The notes beneath the pieces are model-generated. The model made no database searches and was not told where the DNA came from. It saw nothing but the letters and a program-made list of their open reading frames with translations. The translations under genes were made by a program, and so were the position numbers. This document shows, one piece after another, positions 19,913 through 30,154 of a stretch of DNA of 64,000 nucleotides (positions are counted from its first letter, which is position 1; every line of letters starts with the position of its first letter). Origin of the DNA: Candidatus Bathyarchaeota archaeon (GTDB taxonomy: Archaea; Thermoproteota; Bathyarchaeia; Bathyarchaeales; Bathycorpusculaceae); NCBI GenBank assembly GCA_963702095.1, contig OY969706.1:896001-960000 (forward strand), read 5' to 3'.

Positions 19913-20245
19913 GGAGAAAAAACCGAATAAATGCATAAACATGCAAAAATCTGGTTTTCATGAATCAAGCGAATCACAGGCACTCCTCACCCCAGTAACC
20001 GACTCAACTCCGAGCTTATAATGTTTTTTCCCCAATTCTTAACCCAAAAATTCATTCGCCCAGGCAAAATAATTTGCCGAAATGGGCTGATGCGGACTGC
20101 GCCGTTTTATGAGGGATATGTGATTCTCTGAGAGCAACATAAAAGGTGCGTAGGCTCAACTGTGCCTGGAAGCCTTGGATGTTTGGTTTTTCGGCGGCAA
20201 GGCTTAAATTTTGATGCAACAATACCCCGTATCGAGGAGAAAAGC

Positions 20246-21322
20246 GTGCCATACTGTCGAAGATGCGGAGCTAAACTTGAAGAGGATTGGCGTTTCTGCC
20301 AAAACTGCGGAACCCAAGTAATCAACAACTTCACTCCACCCCCCGCCCCAGATACCCCCGCTGCGCCGTTGAGGCCTATGCGCAAAGATCCCATCCTGTG
20401 GACTGGCGTGGCTTTAGCAGCAATTTTGGTTGCCGCCGCAGTCATCGCCGCCATCTTGGCTGCACCAGTAGGGACATGGAGTTTAGCCGTGCCTTACGGG
20501 GACTCCAGCCCAAACGTGCACACTCTTAACTTGAACTTTCAAGCCGACATCGCAAAAATAAACATCCTAACAGAGAAAAATGGCAACGACAACATCTTGG
20601 TCTATGTGTCGGGGAACGGGTCAAGAGGTCTAACAGGCGGTTCGGCTGCTCCCCTCAACGTCACGTTTGTAAACCAGACTATGGGCGACGTTTTAACCGT
20701 GGACATGGAGGTTACAGTTGAGCAGCCTGTGCCCTTAGCAAACGTTGTCTGCGACATCTATGTTGACCCCAACCTCAAACTTAACCTCAACGTCACCACA
20801 ACAACGGGGCAAATCACTTTTGGCGCTGAGCAACCCACAACCATAGAAACCCTTCGTCTGCAAGCCACCACCGGCCAAGTGGAAGCTAATCTCCACAGCG
20901 ACACCACAGTCGCGGGCAACCTCACCTTAAAAACCACTACCGGAGCAGTTTATTTTTCGATGAGTGAAACCAAAGTGGTCGGCAACTGCACACTTGATTT
21001 GCATTCAACCACTGGCGCCGTTAATATGGATATTTCTGAGACAAAAACTTTGCAGGGCAACCTCGCAGTTGAGGCTGACACGAACACCGGAGCCATAAAC
21101 GTCAACTTAATCGTGGACAGCGGAGTCGGAGCAAAAATCAACTCCCAAGTCAACGGTTTCGGCAACATACACGCCGATCTTACACACTTCAACGGCGACA
21201 AATCACCCCTGCAATCAGACAATTACCCCGCAGCAAGCAACATAGAAATAACCAACCATGTCAACGGGTTCGGCGACGTAAACATAGACGCCGTCTACCA
21301 AACTCAACTTGCCACAAGTTAG
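20246..21322 (+). CDS. Zinc-ribbon, TM and DUF4097-like beta-solenoid protein
   Basis: YCRRCG..FCQNCG, a TM, repeated TTTG beta-strand units; GTG after GAGGAG. Confidence 0.85.
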   Translation: MPYCRRCGAKLEEDWRFCQNCGTQVINNFTPPPAPDTPAAPLRPMRKDPILWTGVALAAILVAAAVIAAILAAPVGTWSLAVPYGDSSPNVHTLNLNFQADIAKINILTEKNGNDNILVYVSGNGSRGLTGGSAAPLNVTFVNQTMGDVLTVDMEVTVEQPVPLANVVCDIYVDPNLKLNLNVTTTTGQITFGAEQPTTIETLRLQATTGQVEANLHSDTTVAGNLTLKTTTGAVYFSMSETKVVGNCTLDLHSTTGAVNMDISETKTLQGNLAVEADTNTGAINVNLIVDSGVGAKINSQVNGFGNIHADLTHFNGDKSPLQSDNYPAASNIEITNHVNGFGDVNIDAVYQTQLATS

Positions 21323-21366
21323 CCCTAAACCTTTAAAACCCGCCACTTACCACATAGAATATAGCA

Positions 21367-21615
21367 ATGGTGATTTTTTTGGCACAGAAAAAAGTAACCA
21401 GACAAGAACTAGAAGAAAACAACGGACAAAACGGCAAACCAGCCTACATACTCTACAAGGGCAAAGTCTACGATGTAACGGAAAGCAGTTTCTGGATGGA
21501 GGGCGAACACATGGGCATGCACAACGCCGGCAAAGACCTCACCGAAGATTTAGAGATGGCGCCGCATAAAGAAGAGAACTTTAGCCGCGTAAAATACGTC
21601 GGCGACTTAGAGTAG
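21367..21615 (+). CDS. Cytochrome b5-like heme/steroid-binding protein
   Basis: GKVYDVT..W..GEH...HNAGKDLT....APH. Confidence 0.88.
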   Translation: MVIFLAQKKVTRQELEENNGQNGKPAYILYKGKVYDVTESSFWMEGEHMGMHNAGKDLTEDLEMAPHKEENFSRVKYVGDLE

Positions 21616-22839
21616 GCATTGTAGCACAGAGTCAATCTGCACTATATCCGCTAACACATTTTTTACTTCCACCTCAGCTAGGGTGGTGCGGTTCTGGTGG
21701 ATTTCGGTTACTGTTTGGGTTAAGCTGTCAAAAGCTCCTTTAACGTCCAAGTCGTTGTTCATGTGCGCTTCAAACTCGCTTCGCAGTCTGCCGACATATG
21801 AATCGCCCTGACACTTCTCAGATGCACTCATACCCTGCAGGTCCGCAATCATGCGCCTCAAAGAATCCATTTGCTCACTTGCTTGCCCAAGCTTTTCAAA
21901 GGTGAAATTGAGCACTTCTCGGTATGGACCATAAATTAGGAAAAACCGCAGTTGAGATCCGCTAAAACCCTTGGCTGCAACATCGCTTGTGTAGTACACG
22001 TTACCTTTGCTCTTGGACATTTTTTCTCCGTCAACATAGAGGTGTCCGCCGTGTAGCCAGTAACGCGAAAACTGTTCGCCGGAAACTGACTCGGCGATTG
22101 CGAGCGTGTAGTCATGGTGCCGCACCAAGTTGTCGATGCCACCACAGGCGATGTCTATGCTGTAGCCTAAGGTTTTTGTTACGATTGCGGCGTCTTGGAT
22201 GTTCCATGCTGGGCGACCACTACCGACTGGCGTATCATAGCAGACGTCTTCTAGGCCGCAGCCATGCCAAATGATGAAGTCACCCATGTTCCATGGCGTG
22301 CCAGGATAGGTGTCTTTATGGTAACGCCGATGCCGCTTGGGCCATTTACTCATGTCGAGGTGTGCCAGTTTTCCGAAGCCCCGAAATTTAAGGGGGTCAA
22401 AATAGGCGTTTTTGACGCCTCGATAGATGTACCAGTAAGCGTAGCCGCAATCAAGAAGCTTAGCAACCAAATCAGTAGCTTGGTCAACCGCCCGCGACGC
22501 CCTCACTGGATAATCGGGTTTTTTTATGTGCAGTAACTTAAAGTCTTCAAAGAAGACCGCTTCATTCTTCTGGGTTAACGCCTCCACGGTTAACCCCTCT
22601 TTTTTAGCTTGGATAATGGCTTTGTCCTCCACGTCAGTTAACGCCATAGCCCGGGTAACTTTGTAACCGAGGTATTCGAGGTAGCGTTGGAGTATGTCTT
22701 CGAAGAGGAAAGTGCGGTAGTTGCCGATGTGCGCCCGCTGATACGTCGAGGGTCCGCACGTGAACATTTTGACTTTGCCCGGTTCGGCGGATTGGAAGGG
22801 CTCGATTTTACGTGTGAGGGTGTTGTAGATGTTAAGCAC
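21607..22839 (-). CDS. Cysteinyl-tRNA synthetase-like class I ligase (divergent paralogue)
   Basis: IYNTLTR, CGPS, HIGN and KMSKS retained; WHIEC replaced by WNIQD, HHENE by HHDYT; ends after the DALR helices. Confidence 0.85.
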   Translation of the reverse strand: MLNIYNTLTRKIEPFQSAEPGKVKMFTCGPSTYQRAHIGNYRTFLFEDILQRYLEYLGYKVTRAMALTDVEDKAIIQAKKEGLTVEALTQKNEAVFFEDFKLLHIKKPDYPVRASRAVDQATDLVAKLLDCGYAYWYIYRGVKNAYFDPLKFRGFGKLAHLDMSKWPKRHRRYHKDTYPGTPWNMGDFIIWHGCGLEDVCYDTPVGSGRPAWNIQDAAIVTKTLGYSIDIACGGIDNLVRHHDYTLAIAESVSGEQFSRYWLHGGHLYVDGEKMSKSKGNVYYTSDVAAKGFSGSQLRFFLIYGPYREVLNFTFEKLGQASEQMDSLRRMIADLQGMSASEKCQGDSYVGRLRSEFEAHMNNDLDVKGAFDSLTQTVTEIHQNRTTLAEVEVKNVLADIVQIDSVLQCLL

Positions 22840-23308
22840 TGGTTTTTTCCTCTTGCTCTAGCATTTGGAGGGTTTCTTTTGCTTCCTCCACATGCCGTTG
22901 CGCTTGAGTCTGCGAATTAAAAATGTGTCGGACCACGCCCTTCTTGTCTATAATGTAGGTGACTCTGCCAGGCAGAATCCCCATACTATGCGGCACCCCG
23001 TAGAACTCCCGCACTTTGTTGCCCACATCAGCCAACAGTATAAACGGCAGCCCATAATGCGTTGCAAATGCCACATGTGATTCGACGCTTTGGCCGCTTA
23101 CGCCCAACACTTCGGCGCCTAAATCTGCCAGTTGCTGGTAGCTGTCGCGGAAACTGCAGGCTTCTTTTATGCATCCGGGCGTTTCATCTTTGGGGTAGAA
23201 GTAGAGAACTATGTTTTTTTTGCCTAGGTACTCTGATAGGGTTACGTTGTCGCCCATTTGGCTGGGTAATGTAAAATCTGGGGCTTTATCGCCAACTTTA
23301 ACCGTCAA
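22832..23308 (-). CDS. bcp: Peroxiredoxin (BCP/PrxQ)
   Basis: YFYPKDETPGCIKEACSFRD. Confidence 0.93.
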   Translation of the reverse strand: MTVKVGDKAPDFTLPSQMGDNVTLSEYLGKKNIVLYFYPKDETPGCIKEACSFRDSYQQLADLGAEVLGVSGQSVESHVAFATHYGLPFILLADVGNKVREFYGVPHSMGILPGRVTYIIDKKGVVRHIFNSQTQAQRHVEEAKETLQMLEQEEKTSA

Positions 23309-23488
23309 AAATTTTCACCACAAAATAGTGGCTTCTTAGTGCTATTATGTTTTTTCTTATTTCCCGCTAATGCTATGAACAGCGGTTTTTAGCACCCACA
23401 TTAAACTGAACAACAAATTTTAAGCACTTACACGTCTTGACTTTAGAGAACGCCCATATATTCTGATTTTAAAAGATTCTTGACTAAT

Positions 23489-24715
23489 TCACTTTTTTCT
23501 TCTGTAAATGACACCCACCGCTACCGATATTGCAGCTATTACTATCACAGCAGTTGAAGCGATTATTGCGTTTTGCGTCTCATTCGCAATTGGGACTCTA
23601 GGGTTCGGTTCTTGGGTGGGAGTGGGTGTTTGGGCTAACAATGGGTCAGGCCCTGTACCATAGCCGAGGGGCGAGTACCGCTCGTTTAACGCGAAATGTT
23701 CGACAGTGTAACTGTCTGGTAGAGAATCAAAGTAATCTGGATAATGGTAGGTTGTATGAATGCCTCCTATGGCATAGATAAGATCGTTTGCCGTGGCAAC
23801 GCCGAAACCAGAGCGATCTGTGGGCTTAGCGATGTCAACACTCCAGCTGTTATCGAATGGGTTATACACTTGTGCAGATTGATAATGCAGAAGAGCAGCA
23901 TCAAACAAATAGATTCGTAGTGACGCATTTTTGCCGTTAGTTATGGCAGCTACAGAGTAAGCGGCGTATAGCGGTGAATGCGCACCCGAACTCCATTGAT
24001 CTGTTTTTGGGTCGTAAATCTGGGTTGAATTCTGAACTACTATATTTTTTAGTTGGAGTCCACCAAAGACGTATACCTTATTAGCGAAGGTAGTTGAGGC
24101 ATACCATCGGGTACCGACTGGGATTGACGCCTTTGTAGTCCATGTGTCTGTGGTTGGATCATATTCTTCATTTACTGAGAGACTGGCGTCGGTATAGGTG
24201 TCATAGGTTCCGGGTGTCTGTCCGCCGATTAGGTAGATTTTGCCGTTTACTGTATTGGCTTGCAAGTAAACTCTGGCTGTTGGCATGGCTGCTTTGGTTT
24301 CCCATGTGTCGGTTGTTGTATCGTATACTTCGTTTACGGCTGCGTATATTGGTGCGTGGTCTTCGGGTTCTTGGTGGTAGCCTGTGATTCCGCCGATACA
24401 GTATATCTTATTTTGGACGACAGCTATAGCGAAATTGTATCTAGCAGTTGGCATTGGTGCCTTGTATTCCCAACTGTTTGTTGCAGGATCATATACCTCG
24501 TTTGTTGATAATGCTTCACCATCATCGCCTCCTATCGCATAAATCTTATCGTTGACGGACACTACGCCTAAACCTGCTCTTGCTTGTTGCATCGGCGCCA
24601 TTTGAGTCCAAACGTTGTTTGATGCCCCAACGTTACTACAAAGACTTGGTTGAAGGACTATCAAAATGAGTAAGATGGATAGCACCGAGAGAACCGTTAT
24701 TTTTCTCAAGCGCAT
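23489..24715 (-). CDS. Secreted Kelch-repeat protein with C-terminal membrane anchor
   Basis: About six IYxIGG..YDP..W Kelch repeats, signal peptide, PT linker, TM followed by RRKK. Confidence 0.9.
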   Translation of the reverse strand: MRLRKITVLSVLSILLILIVLQPSLCSNVGASNNVWTQMAPMQQARAGLGVVSVNDKIYAIGGDDGEALSTNEVYDPATNSWEYKAPMPTARYNFAIAVVQNKIYCIGGITGYHQEPEDHAPIYAAVNEVYDTTTDTWETKAAMPTARVYLQANTVNGKIYLIGGQTPGTYDTYTDASLSVNEEYDPTTDTWTTKASIPVGTRWYASTTFANKVYVFGGLQLKNIVVQNSTQIYDPKTDQWSSGAHSPLYAAYSVAAITNGKNASLRIYLFDAALLHYQSAQVYNPFDNSWSVDIAKPTDRSGFGVATANDLIYAIGGIHTTYHYPDYFDSLPDSYTVEHFALNERYSPLGYGTGPDPLLAQTPTPTQEPNPRVPIANETQNAIIASTAVIVIAAISVAVGVIYRRKK

Positions 24716-24865
24716 ATACATAACTAAGTGATTGGTGTTATATGAGGTTTTGTATCCAATCAATTAGGGCAACAATTTAGTTACTAACCATAACTACTAA
24801 TAGCGAAAAATTTAAAAGGAAACTCTTTCACATCAATATTATTAGCATTCAACCGCCAAAAGGTT

Positions 24866-27800
24866 ATGCCTATGAAATCGTTTCTCATTACAACAATCAT
24901 CCTAATTATTCTTATCACAAGCGTCTTTACAGTTACTTTACCCAAAACACAGGCAACTGAACTTAACTTAACTCAAAAAGGGGAAATATTTCTTGGCAAT
25001 GTTTTAAATTTGGACTTAACTAAATACTATATAGAAACAAAAACATACCCTTTAGATAGCTCGTCTTTATACTTAGGCATAGTTCCGCAAGACAGCATCG
25101 GCTACAAACTTACTTCGGAACATAACAAAATAGAGCTTGTGTGTACTTTTATCGACGGAAATTTACATATGCTTTTTGTAACCAACAATGAAGGCACAGC
25201 ACAACTTCTCGAAACTGACAATAATAGCCCCATTGAGGTAGCAAGGAGTTTTCTAGCGAGCTATCAGAACTTCGCTGATAATGCACTATTTGGCGGATTG
25301 GTTTCAACTCTAGAGAAAGCGCAGCAGGGTGAAAATTTTACTACAACGCTTGGAAACATTGCGCTAGAGGCTACATATGCAGCAGATTCTGCCACATTCA
25401 GGTGGCATTATGCAGCTAACGGGGCTGAAGCGTCATATTCAAAGTTCATTTCGCTTGTCGTAAAAAATGGTTTAGTGACTGGATTTATTGACAACTGGCA
25501 ACTGTACACTGTAGGAAACAATGCAGTAAATCTTACTGAAAAAGAAGCCTCAGAGATTGCCTTACAAGCAACAAAAGCTCATGTAGCAGGATTTGAAAAA
25601 TATGGTCTAAATCAAAATAATATTAATGGCTCAAATGTACGCTGGGCAAGGCTTATTTTTGATAACTCTTTAAACGTAAGTGTTCCACGTAGTAAAGACC
25701 TTCTAGAATTATTTCCAGTTTGGCGAGTCGGTATTGCATTAGATAAATGGTATGGCTCAATGTATGGGGTAGAAGTTGACATTTGGGCGGATACCAAAGA
25801 AATCCGGTCTATCGAAGAAGCCTGGGGCGACTTACCTCTATCAGATCAACAGGAAATTGTTAACACCACTTCAATTCAACAGAATATCGCTAACCCCATT
25901 GCTACCCAGCAGGTCGGCGCTTCTATTCCAACTAAGGAGTCAGAACTAAACATTCAGCCGATATTAATAGTAACAGGCGGTTTTCTTTTTGGCACAGGAC
26001 TTACAATTACTTATTTGAGTTGCAAAAGAGGTAAATTGCCCAAATATTTACTTAGGTCTAAGCCGATGGCTCTAGTTACGTTATCATTAATAGTATTACT
26101 TCTCGTTCCAATTGGCTTAGTTAGTGCAAACACCAAAACGGCTGTCGTTTGGGGAGCAGAAAGTACTGGTGCAACCGGTTATCAAGGACCTGATGGACCA
26201 AGTTGGCGTAAGCAAGCATGCGAGGTCACACAGCAACAATCAACAGCCATTACTATCAGGAACTACTTCGCGAATTACGGAGGATATACGGCGTATAATC
26301 ATCAAGGAACTGTTGGGCCATCTACACATTTAGCTATATTAAGTGATATTAATTCCTACAATTCTGTTAACAGTCGAGCTGTCTATATCGATTTTGATCA
26401 TGGTAACTGGTATGACAAGTCATTAACAGATCGGAATCACTTTATTTTTGAAGATCAGGTTGGAACATTAATCGGCACTTTTGATGATTATCTAAATCAT
26501 CGAGTAGTTTCTAACCCAACTGGGCTTGTCTATGATGATGAGATAAATGCCAGAACAAATAGCAGCACAACGTTATTTGTTTTGATAAACGCTTGTAATT
26601 CAGGCGCCCTATTTAATTTACTAGATGGCACGAGATGGCAGGGTACTAGCAACAAAATAGGTTTGCCTTATGGTTTTACGCACCGGACAGTCGAAAACAA
26701 AGAAGACCCTATACCGGGTATTTCGTTCGATATTAAAAGTCATATGAGCGACGATGCATATTTTTATCCAGATGATGGCTGCCAAGTTTTCATGGGTTTC
26801 GTAGGAGGATCAATTTCTCTAAGCCAAAAAATGCCCTACCCTGACGGCACAAACTATTATTCAACATTTATAGAGAGATTCTTCTACGACGCACTATATT
26901 ATGACGATACATCGGTAAATTGTGCTCTTGATATGTCTTCTTTTGAGACCCTTGGTGGCAGATATTACTCAGACACATTGTGCCCTCTTAGAAGTTTTAC
27001 AGCTTATTGGTGGATGCCGCCAGAAACACATTTAAACCCCCTTGGGCCAGGTCATTTAGTTGTCTACGGTAACGGCAGAATTCAGCTCAAAAGTTTCAGC
27101 GATGACTTTAATGATGGTAATTACAATGGCTGGACAGTAATTCCTCCAGGTTCATGGACAGTAACGGGCGGCAAATTAAAAGCCCAACAGGGGAACTCAT
27201 TAATCCGAACCAACGAGCAATTCTCAAACGACCGATTCCTTCGAGCAAAAGTACAGACGCTCACAACTGGTACAAACTCATGGGATGTCGCTTGGGTTAT
27301 GGCTAAATATGTAGACAATAACAACAAAGTTTACGGGTTGATACACAAAGACGGTAAAGTAGAACTTTCTCTTTTTCGAAATGGGCAGCAATATCCATGG
27401 CAAAGTGCAGCCAACAGCACACTTCATCCTACTGATTGGCATACTATTGAAGTAAATATCGTGGGAAACAAGGGTTGGGTATTTGTTGACGGCGTATTCA
27501 AAATTAGTGGAACCAGCGATTACTTCGATGATTTTAGTGGCTATGCGGCACTACATACCCATACCTCGGCAACAGCTTACTTTGACGATATCACCGTTGT
27601 GGAACAACAACCCTGGTCTACTTATCACAAACTAACAGTCAATTCCTCTACAGGGGGTACCACAAGTATTGCCCCTGGCGTATACAATTATACTGCTGGT
27701 ACACCGGTTACCGTAACTGCTTATCCTTCTACTGGATATCATTTTAGCCATTGGCATGACTATGGCGTTGATGCCTGTACTCAAAACCCAATAACAGTGA

Positions 27801-28612
27801 CAATGAATGCGCCGCACAAGTTACAACCTCAGTTTACAGCCGACTATTACGTTACATTCCAAGTTGCGTCTGGTTCTGGAACCACTGACCCTAGTGTTGG
27901 AGTACATAGCTATAATCAGGGACAAGTGGTGCCAATACATGCTATTGCATCACCCGGACAAGTTTTCGACCACTGGGATAGCTTAGGCCTTATGAATATA
28001 GCAAATAGCCACTCAGCGGATACGACAGCGACTATATGGAGTAACGGGACAATTATGGCATATTTCCATCAATCGCAATGCTCCGTGACCGTAACAAGCG
28101 ATGGCCACCTCACTACGAATCCAAGCGGAACCAGCGTCTATACATACGGAGCAGCAATTCCGATTTCTGCGACAAATACACCCGGGTACGAGTTTGATCA
28201 TTGGGTTTCCCCTGGTAATACTATAGATAATCTCTACTCAGCCTCAACCACTGCCCACTTAACTAACGATGGAACCATAACTGCCATATCGCATCCTGCG
28301 GGAGTCACCTCTTGGACCGTTCATACTTGCTATTATGTTTATGATGGGTATGTGGGGACCGCGCAGGTTGGAGAAGATTGGCAGACGGTTGATGCGGGCT
28401 GGCATGATTTCTATTATCCAAATCAGTGGGAGGATCCTTGGTTCCCGGGGTATATGTCTGACTTCTGGTATGCAATTACTGACGACGGCTTGCAATCTTG
28501 CAATTATATTCCGTTCCATGTTCAAATAACACGCGATACTACGATTAATGTCTATTATATCACCAATTTCTCGGGAATGAGGGATTTTCCGCCTACGGAA
28601 GAAACAGGTTGA
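24866..28612 (+). CDS. Large multidomain surface protein: N-terminal domain, internal TM hairpin, caspase/gingipain-like peptidase domain, ConA-like domain, InlB B-repeat-like repeats
   Basis: Signal peptide; two TMs near aa 365-420; YIDFDHG and VLINACNSG; FSDDFNDG..FDDITV; three G.T.P..G..Y..G..V...A....GY.FDHW repeats. Confidence 0.75.
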   Translation: MPMKSFLITTIILIILITSVFTVTLPKTQATELNLTQKGEIFLGNVLNLDLTKYYIETKTYPLDSSSLYLGIVPQDSIGYKLTSEHNKIELVCTFIDGNLHMLFVTNNEGTAQLLETDNNSPIEVARSFLASYQNFADNALFGGLVSTLEKAQQGENFTTTLGNIALEATYAADSATFRWHYAANGAEASYSKFISLVVKNGLVTGFIDNWQLYTVGNNAVNLTEKEASEIALQATKAHVAGFEKYGLNQNNINGSNVRWARLIFDNSLNVSVPRSKDLLELFPVWRVGIALDKWYGSMYGVEVDIWADTKEIRSIEEAWGDLPLSDQQEIVNTTSIQQNIANPIATQQVGASIPTKESELNIQPILIVTGGFLFGTGLTITYLSCKRGKLPKYLLRSKPMALVTLSLIVLLLVPIGLVSANTKTAVVWGAESTGATGYQGPDGPSWRKQACEVTQQQSTAITIRNYFANYGGYTAYNHQGTVGPSTHLAILSDINSYNSVNSRAVYIDFDHGNWYDKSLTDRNHFIFEDQVGTLIGTFDDYLNHRVVSNPTGLVYDDEINARTNSSTTLFVLINACNSGALFNLLDGTRWQGTSNKIGLPYGFTHRTVENKEDPIPGISFDIKSHMSDDAYFYPDDGCQVFMGFVGGSISLSQKMPYPDGTNYYSTFIERFFYDALYYDDTSVNCALDMSSFETLGGRYYSDTLCPLRSFTAYWWMPPETHLNPLGPGHLVVYGNGRIQLKSFSDDFNDGNYNGWTVIPPGSWTVTGGKLKAQQGNSLIRTNEQFSNDRFLRAKVQTLTTGTNSWDVAWVMAKYVDNNNKVYGLIHKDGKVELSLFRNGQQYPWQSAANSTLHPTDWHTIEVNIVGNKGWVFVDGVFKISGTSDYFDDFSGYAALHTHTSATAYFDDITVVEQQPWSTYHKLTVNSSTGGTTSIAPGVYNYTAGTPVTVTAYPSTGYHFSHWHDYGVDACTQNPITVTMNAPHKLQPQFTADYYVTFQVASGSGTTDPSVGVHSYNQGQVVPIHAIASPGQVFDHWDSLGLMNIANSHSADTTATIWSNGTIMAYFHQSQCSVTVTSDGHLTTNPSGTSVYTYGAAIPISATNTPGYEFDHWVSPGNTIDNLYSASTTAHLTNDGTITAISHPAGVTSWTVHTCYYVYDGYVGTAQVGEDWQTVDAGWHDFYYPNQWEDPWFPGYMSDFWYAITDDGLQSCNYIPFHVQITRDTTINVYYITNFSGMRDFPPTEETG

Positions 28613-28658
28613 ACAACTAAATCCCTTCTTTTTGCACTAGCTCAAAAATTTTAGTCAT

Positions 28659-28790
28659 CTGCTTGTGGAAATCGCTACAACCAGCCTGCAACGGCCCTTT
28701 TAGCCTGACGCCAAAAAGCAACCTGCAGCCCAATCGGCTGGTTGTTGTTGTGTATAGGGGATTTTCTGCAACAACTACTATAGAAAAAAA
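28659..28790 (+). repeat. Dispersed ~130-bp intergenic element, copy D (diverged centre)
   Basis: CTGCTTGTGGAAATCGCTACAACCAGCCTGCAAC matches 55331-55364; ends in TAGAAAAAA at the same distance. Confidence 0.65.
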
Positions 28791-28957
28791 TTAACCGACA
28801 AAATTTTGATCTATTGTTTTTACTTAGAGGAACTCAAGACCATAGGCTATTCAGCCTGAACCAAAAAGAAGCCTCGACGCCAAGCACTTCGGCCTTTATG
28901 CTTTTCGAGTCGCAACAAATTAATGGACGCCCTCCTATAGCTTGGGAGGTGACTTTG

Positions 28958-29566
28958 ATGGAAGAGAAAACACTCGATGTCGCAGGCTGCAAATGCCAAG
29001 CTCTTATCCACGAAGCTGAGGGCACTCCCATCGTGTTCCTGCACGGCTTATCCTACACTATAGAGGTTTGGCAACGCATAGGTGTCCTCGACCTTTTGGT
29101 TGAAAAGAAGGTGCCCTTTATTGCGTTGGACATGCCGTATGGGTTGAAAAGTCAATGTGAACCCAAAAACCGTGATCCCCAAGTCAACGTTACCTTTGCG
29201 GCAGAAGCAGTTAAATCCGTCTTCGGCGAAACGTCTCCAGTGGTGGTGGGCGCCAGTTTAGGCGGGTACATAGCCCTCAACTACGCCGCCAAGCACCCTG
29301 TCCAAGGTCTTTTTCTGATATCCCCTGCATATGCGTTTGAAAACATGGATCTCGTGTGGAAATATGCAAACTTTCATTTTCCAGTTCGAATCGTCTGGGG
29401 CTCAAACGACAGCATCATCTCAAGCGAAGAATTACGCACCCTAGCCGACAAGCTGCCCAACGCAAAAATGCTCGTTTACAATGGAGCGGCGCATTCGGCG
29501 TATCAGGATCGGCCTGAGTGGTTCAAGACTGACCTGCTCAAACTGTACGCTTCCGCCACGACTTAG
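28958..29566 (+). CDS. Alpha/beta hydrolase
   Basis: VFLHG, GASLGG nucleophile elbow, WGSND, AAH; GGAGGTGA SD before ATG 28958. Confidence 0.9.
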   Translation: MEEKTLDVAGCKCQALIHEAEGTPIVFLHGLSYTIEVWQRIGVLDLLVEKKVPFIALDMPYGLKSQCEPKNRDPQVNVTFAAEAVKSVFGETSPVVVGASLGGYIALNYAAKHPVQGLFLISPAYAFENMDLVWKYANFHFPVRIVWGSNDSIISSEELRTLADKLPNAKMLVYNGAAHSAYQDRPEWFKTDLLKLYASATT

Positions 29567-30153
29567 CTGGAATTTGCCGGCTTAGCCGTTACGAGGTAAT
29601 GATAGGGTCCCACTTCACCGACGGATTCCACCTTGAAACCCGCGGCAGAAAGCAGTTCTTCCACCTTCTCTATGCTAAACCGTATTTGCTCCGGCGGACC
29701 AACCTGTGCACCCTGCTGCTCCCAACCCATCTTTTTCCAGTCTAAATCCACCAGTTGCCCAGTGGGCTTAAGCATAGCTTTAGCGTTTTGAAGCACCTTG
29801 GCTTGGTCTTCGAAGTCGTGGAGGTCCATGCTGAAAAACACCATGTCTGCGCAGCCTCTGCAGAAAACCGTGTCTTCCGCCCTGCCCACGGCAGCGACTA
29901 TGTTGATTAAGCCCTCGACATCGGCTTTTTTCTGGAGCTTCTCAACCCCCGAGGCGTCTACGTCTACCGCGAAGACTTTGCCTTTTAAACCCACTTTTCT
30001 AGCAGCCAGTATGCTGAAGTAGCCGTCTCCGCAGCCCATGTCCACGAAGGTCATGCCTTCTTTGAGGTTTTCAAGGATTGCGTCTGGATTGTACCAGCTT
30101 CTGCGTTTTGTTTCGTCTAGGGCGAATCCGCCGTGGCACCTGTGTGAGCTCAT
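29563..30153 (-). CDS. Class I SAM-dependent methyltransferase
   Basis: VDMGCGDG, VFAVD, LHDF, LKPTG, DW. Confidence 0.9.
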   Translation of the reverse strand: MSSHRCHGGFALDETKRRSWYNPDAILENLKEGMTFVDMGCGDGYFSILAARKVGLKGKVFAVDVDASGVEKLQKKADVEGLINIVAAVGRAEDTVFCRGCADMVFFSMDLHDFEDQAKVLQNAKAMLKPTGQLVDLDWKKMGWEQQGAQVGPPEQIRFSIEKVEELLSAAGFKVESVGEVGPYHYLVTAKPANSS

Positions 30154-30154
30154 T

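Noticed and set aside
21607-22839. Calling this gene cysS
   Set aside because: Two zinc ligands and the anticodon-binding domain are missing, so the symbol was withheld.
28300-28612. Aromatic-rich C-terminus of the large surface protein as a possible diversity-generating retroelement target
   Set aside because: No template repeat or reverse transcriptase in the window.
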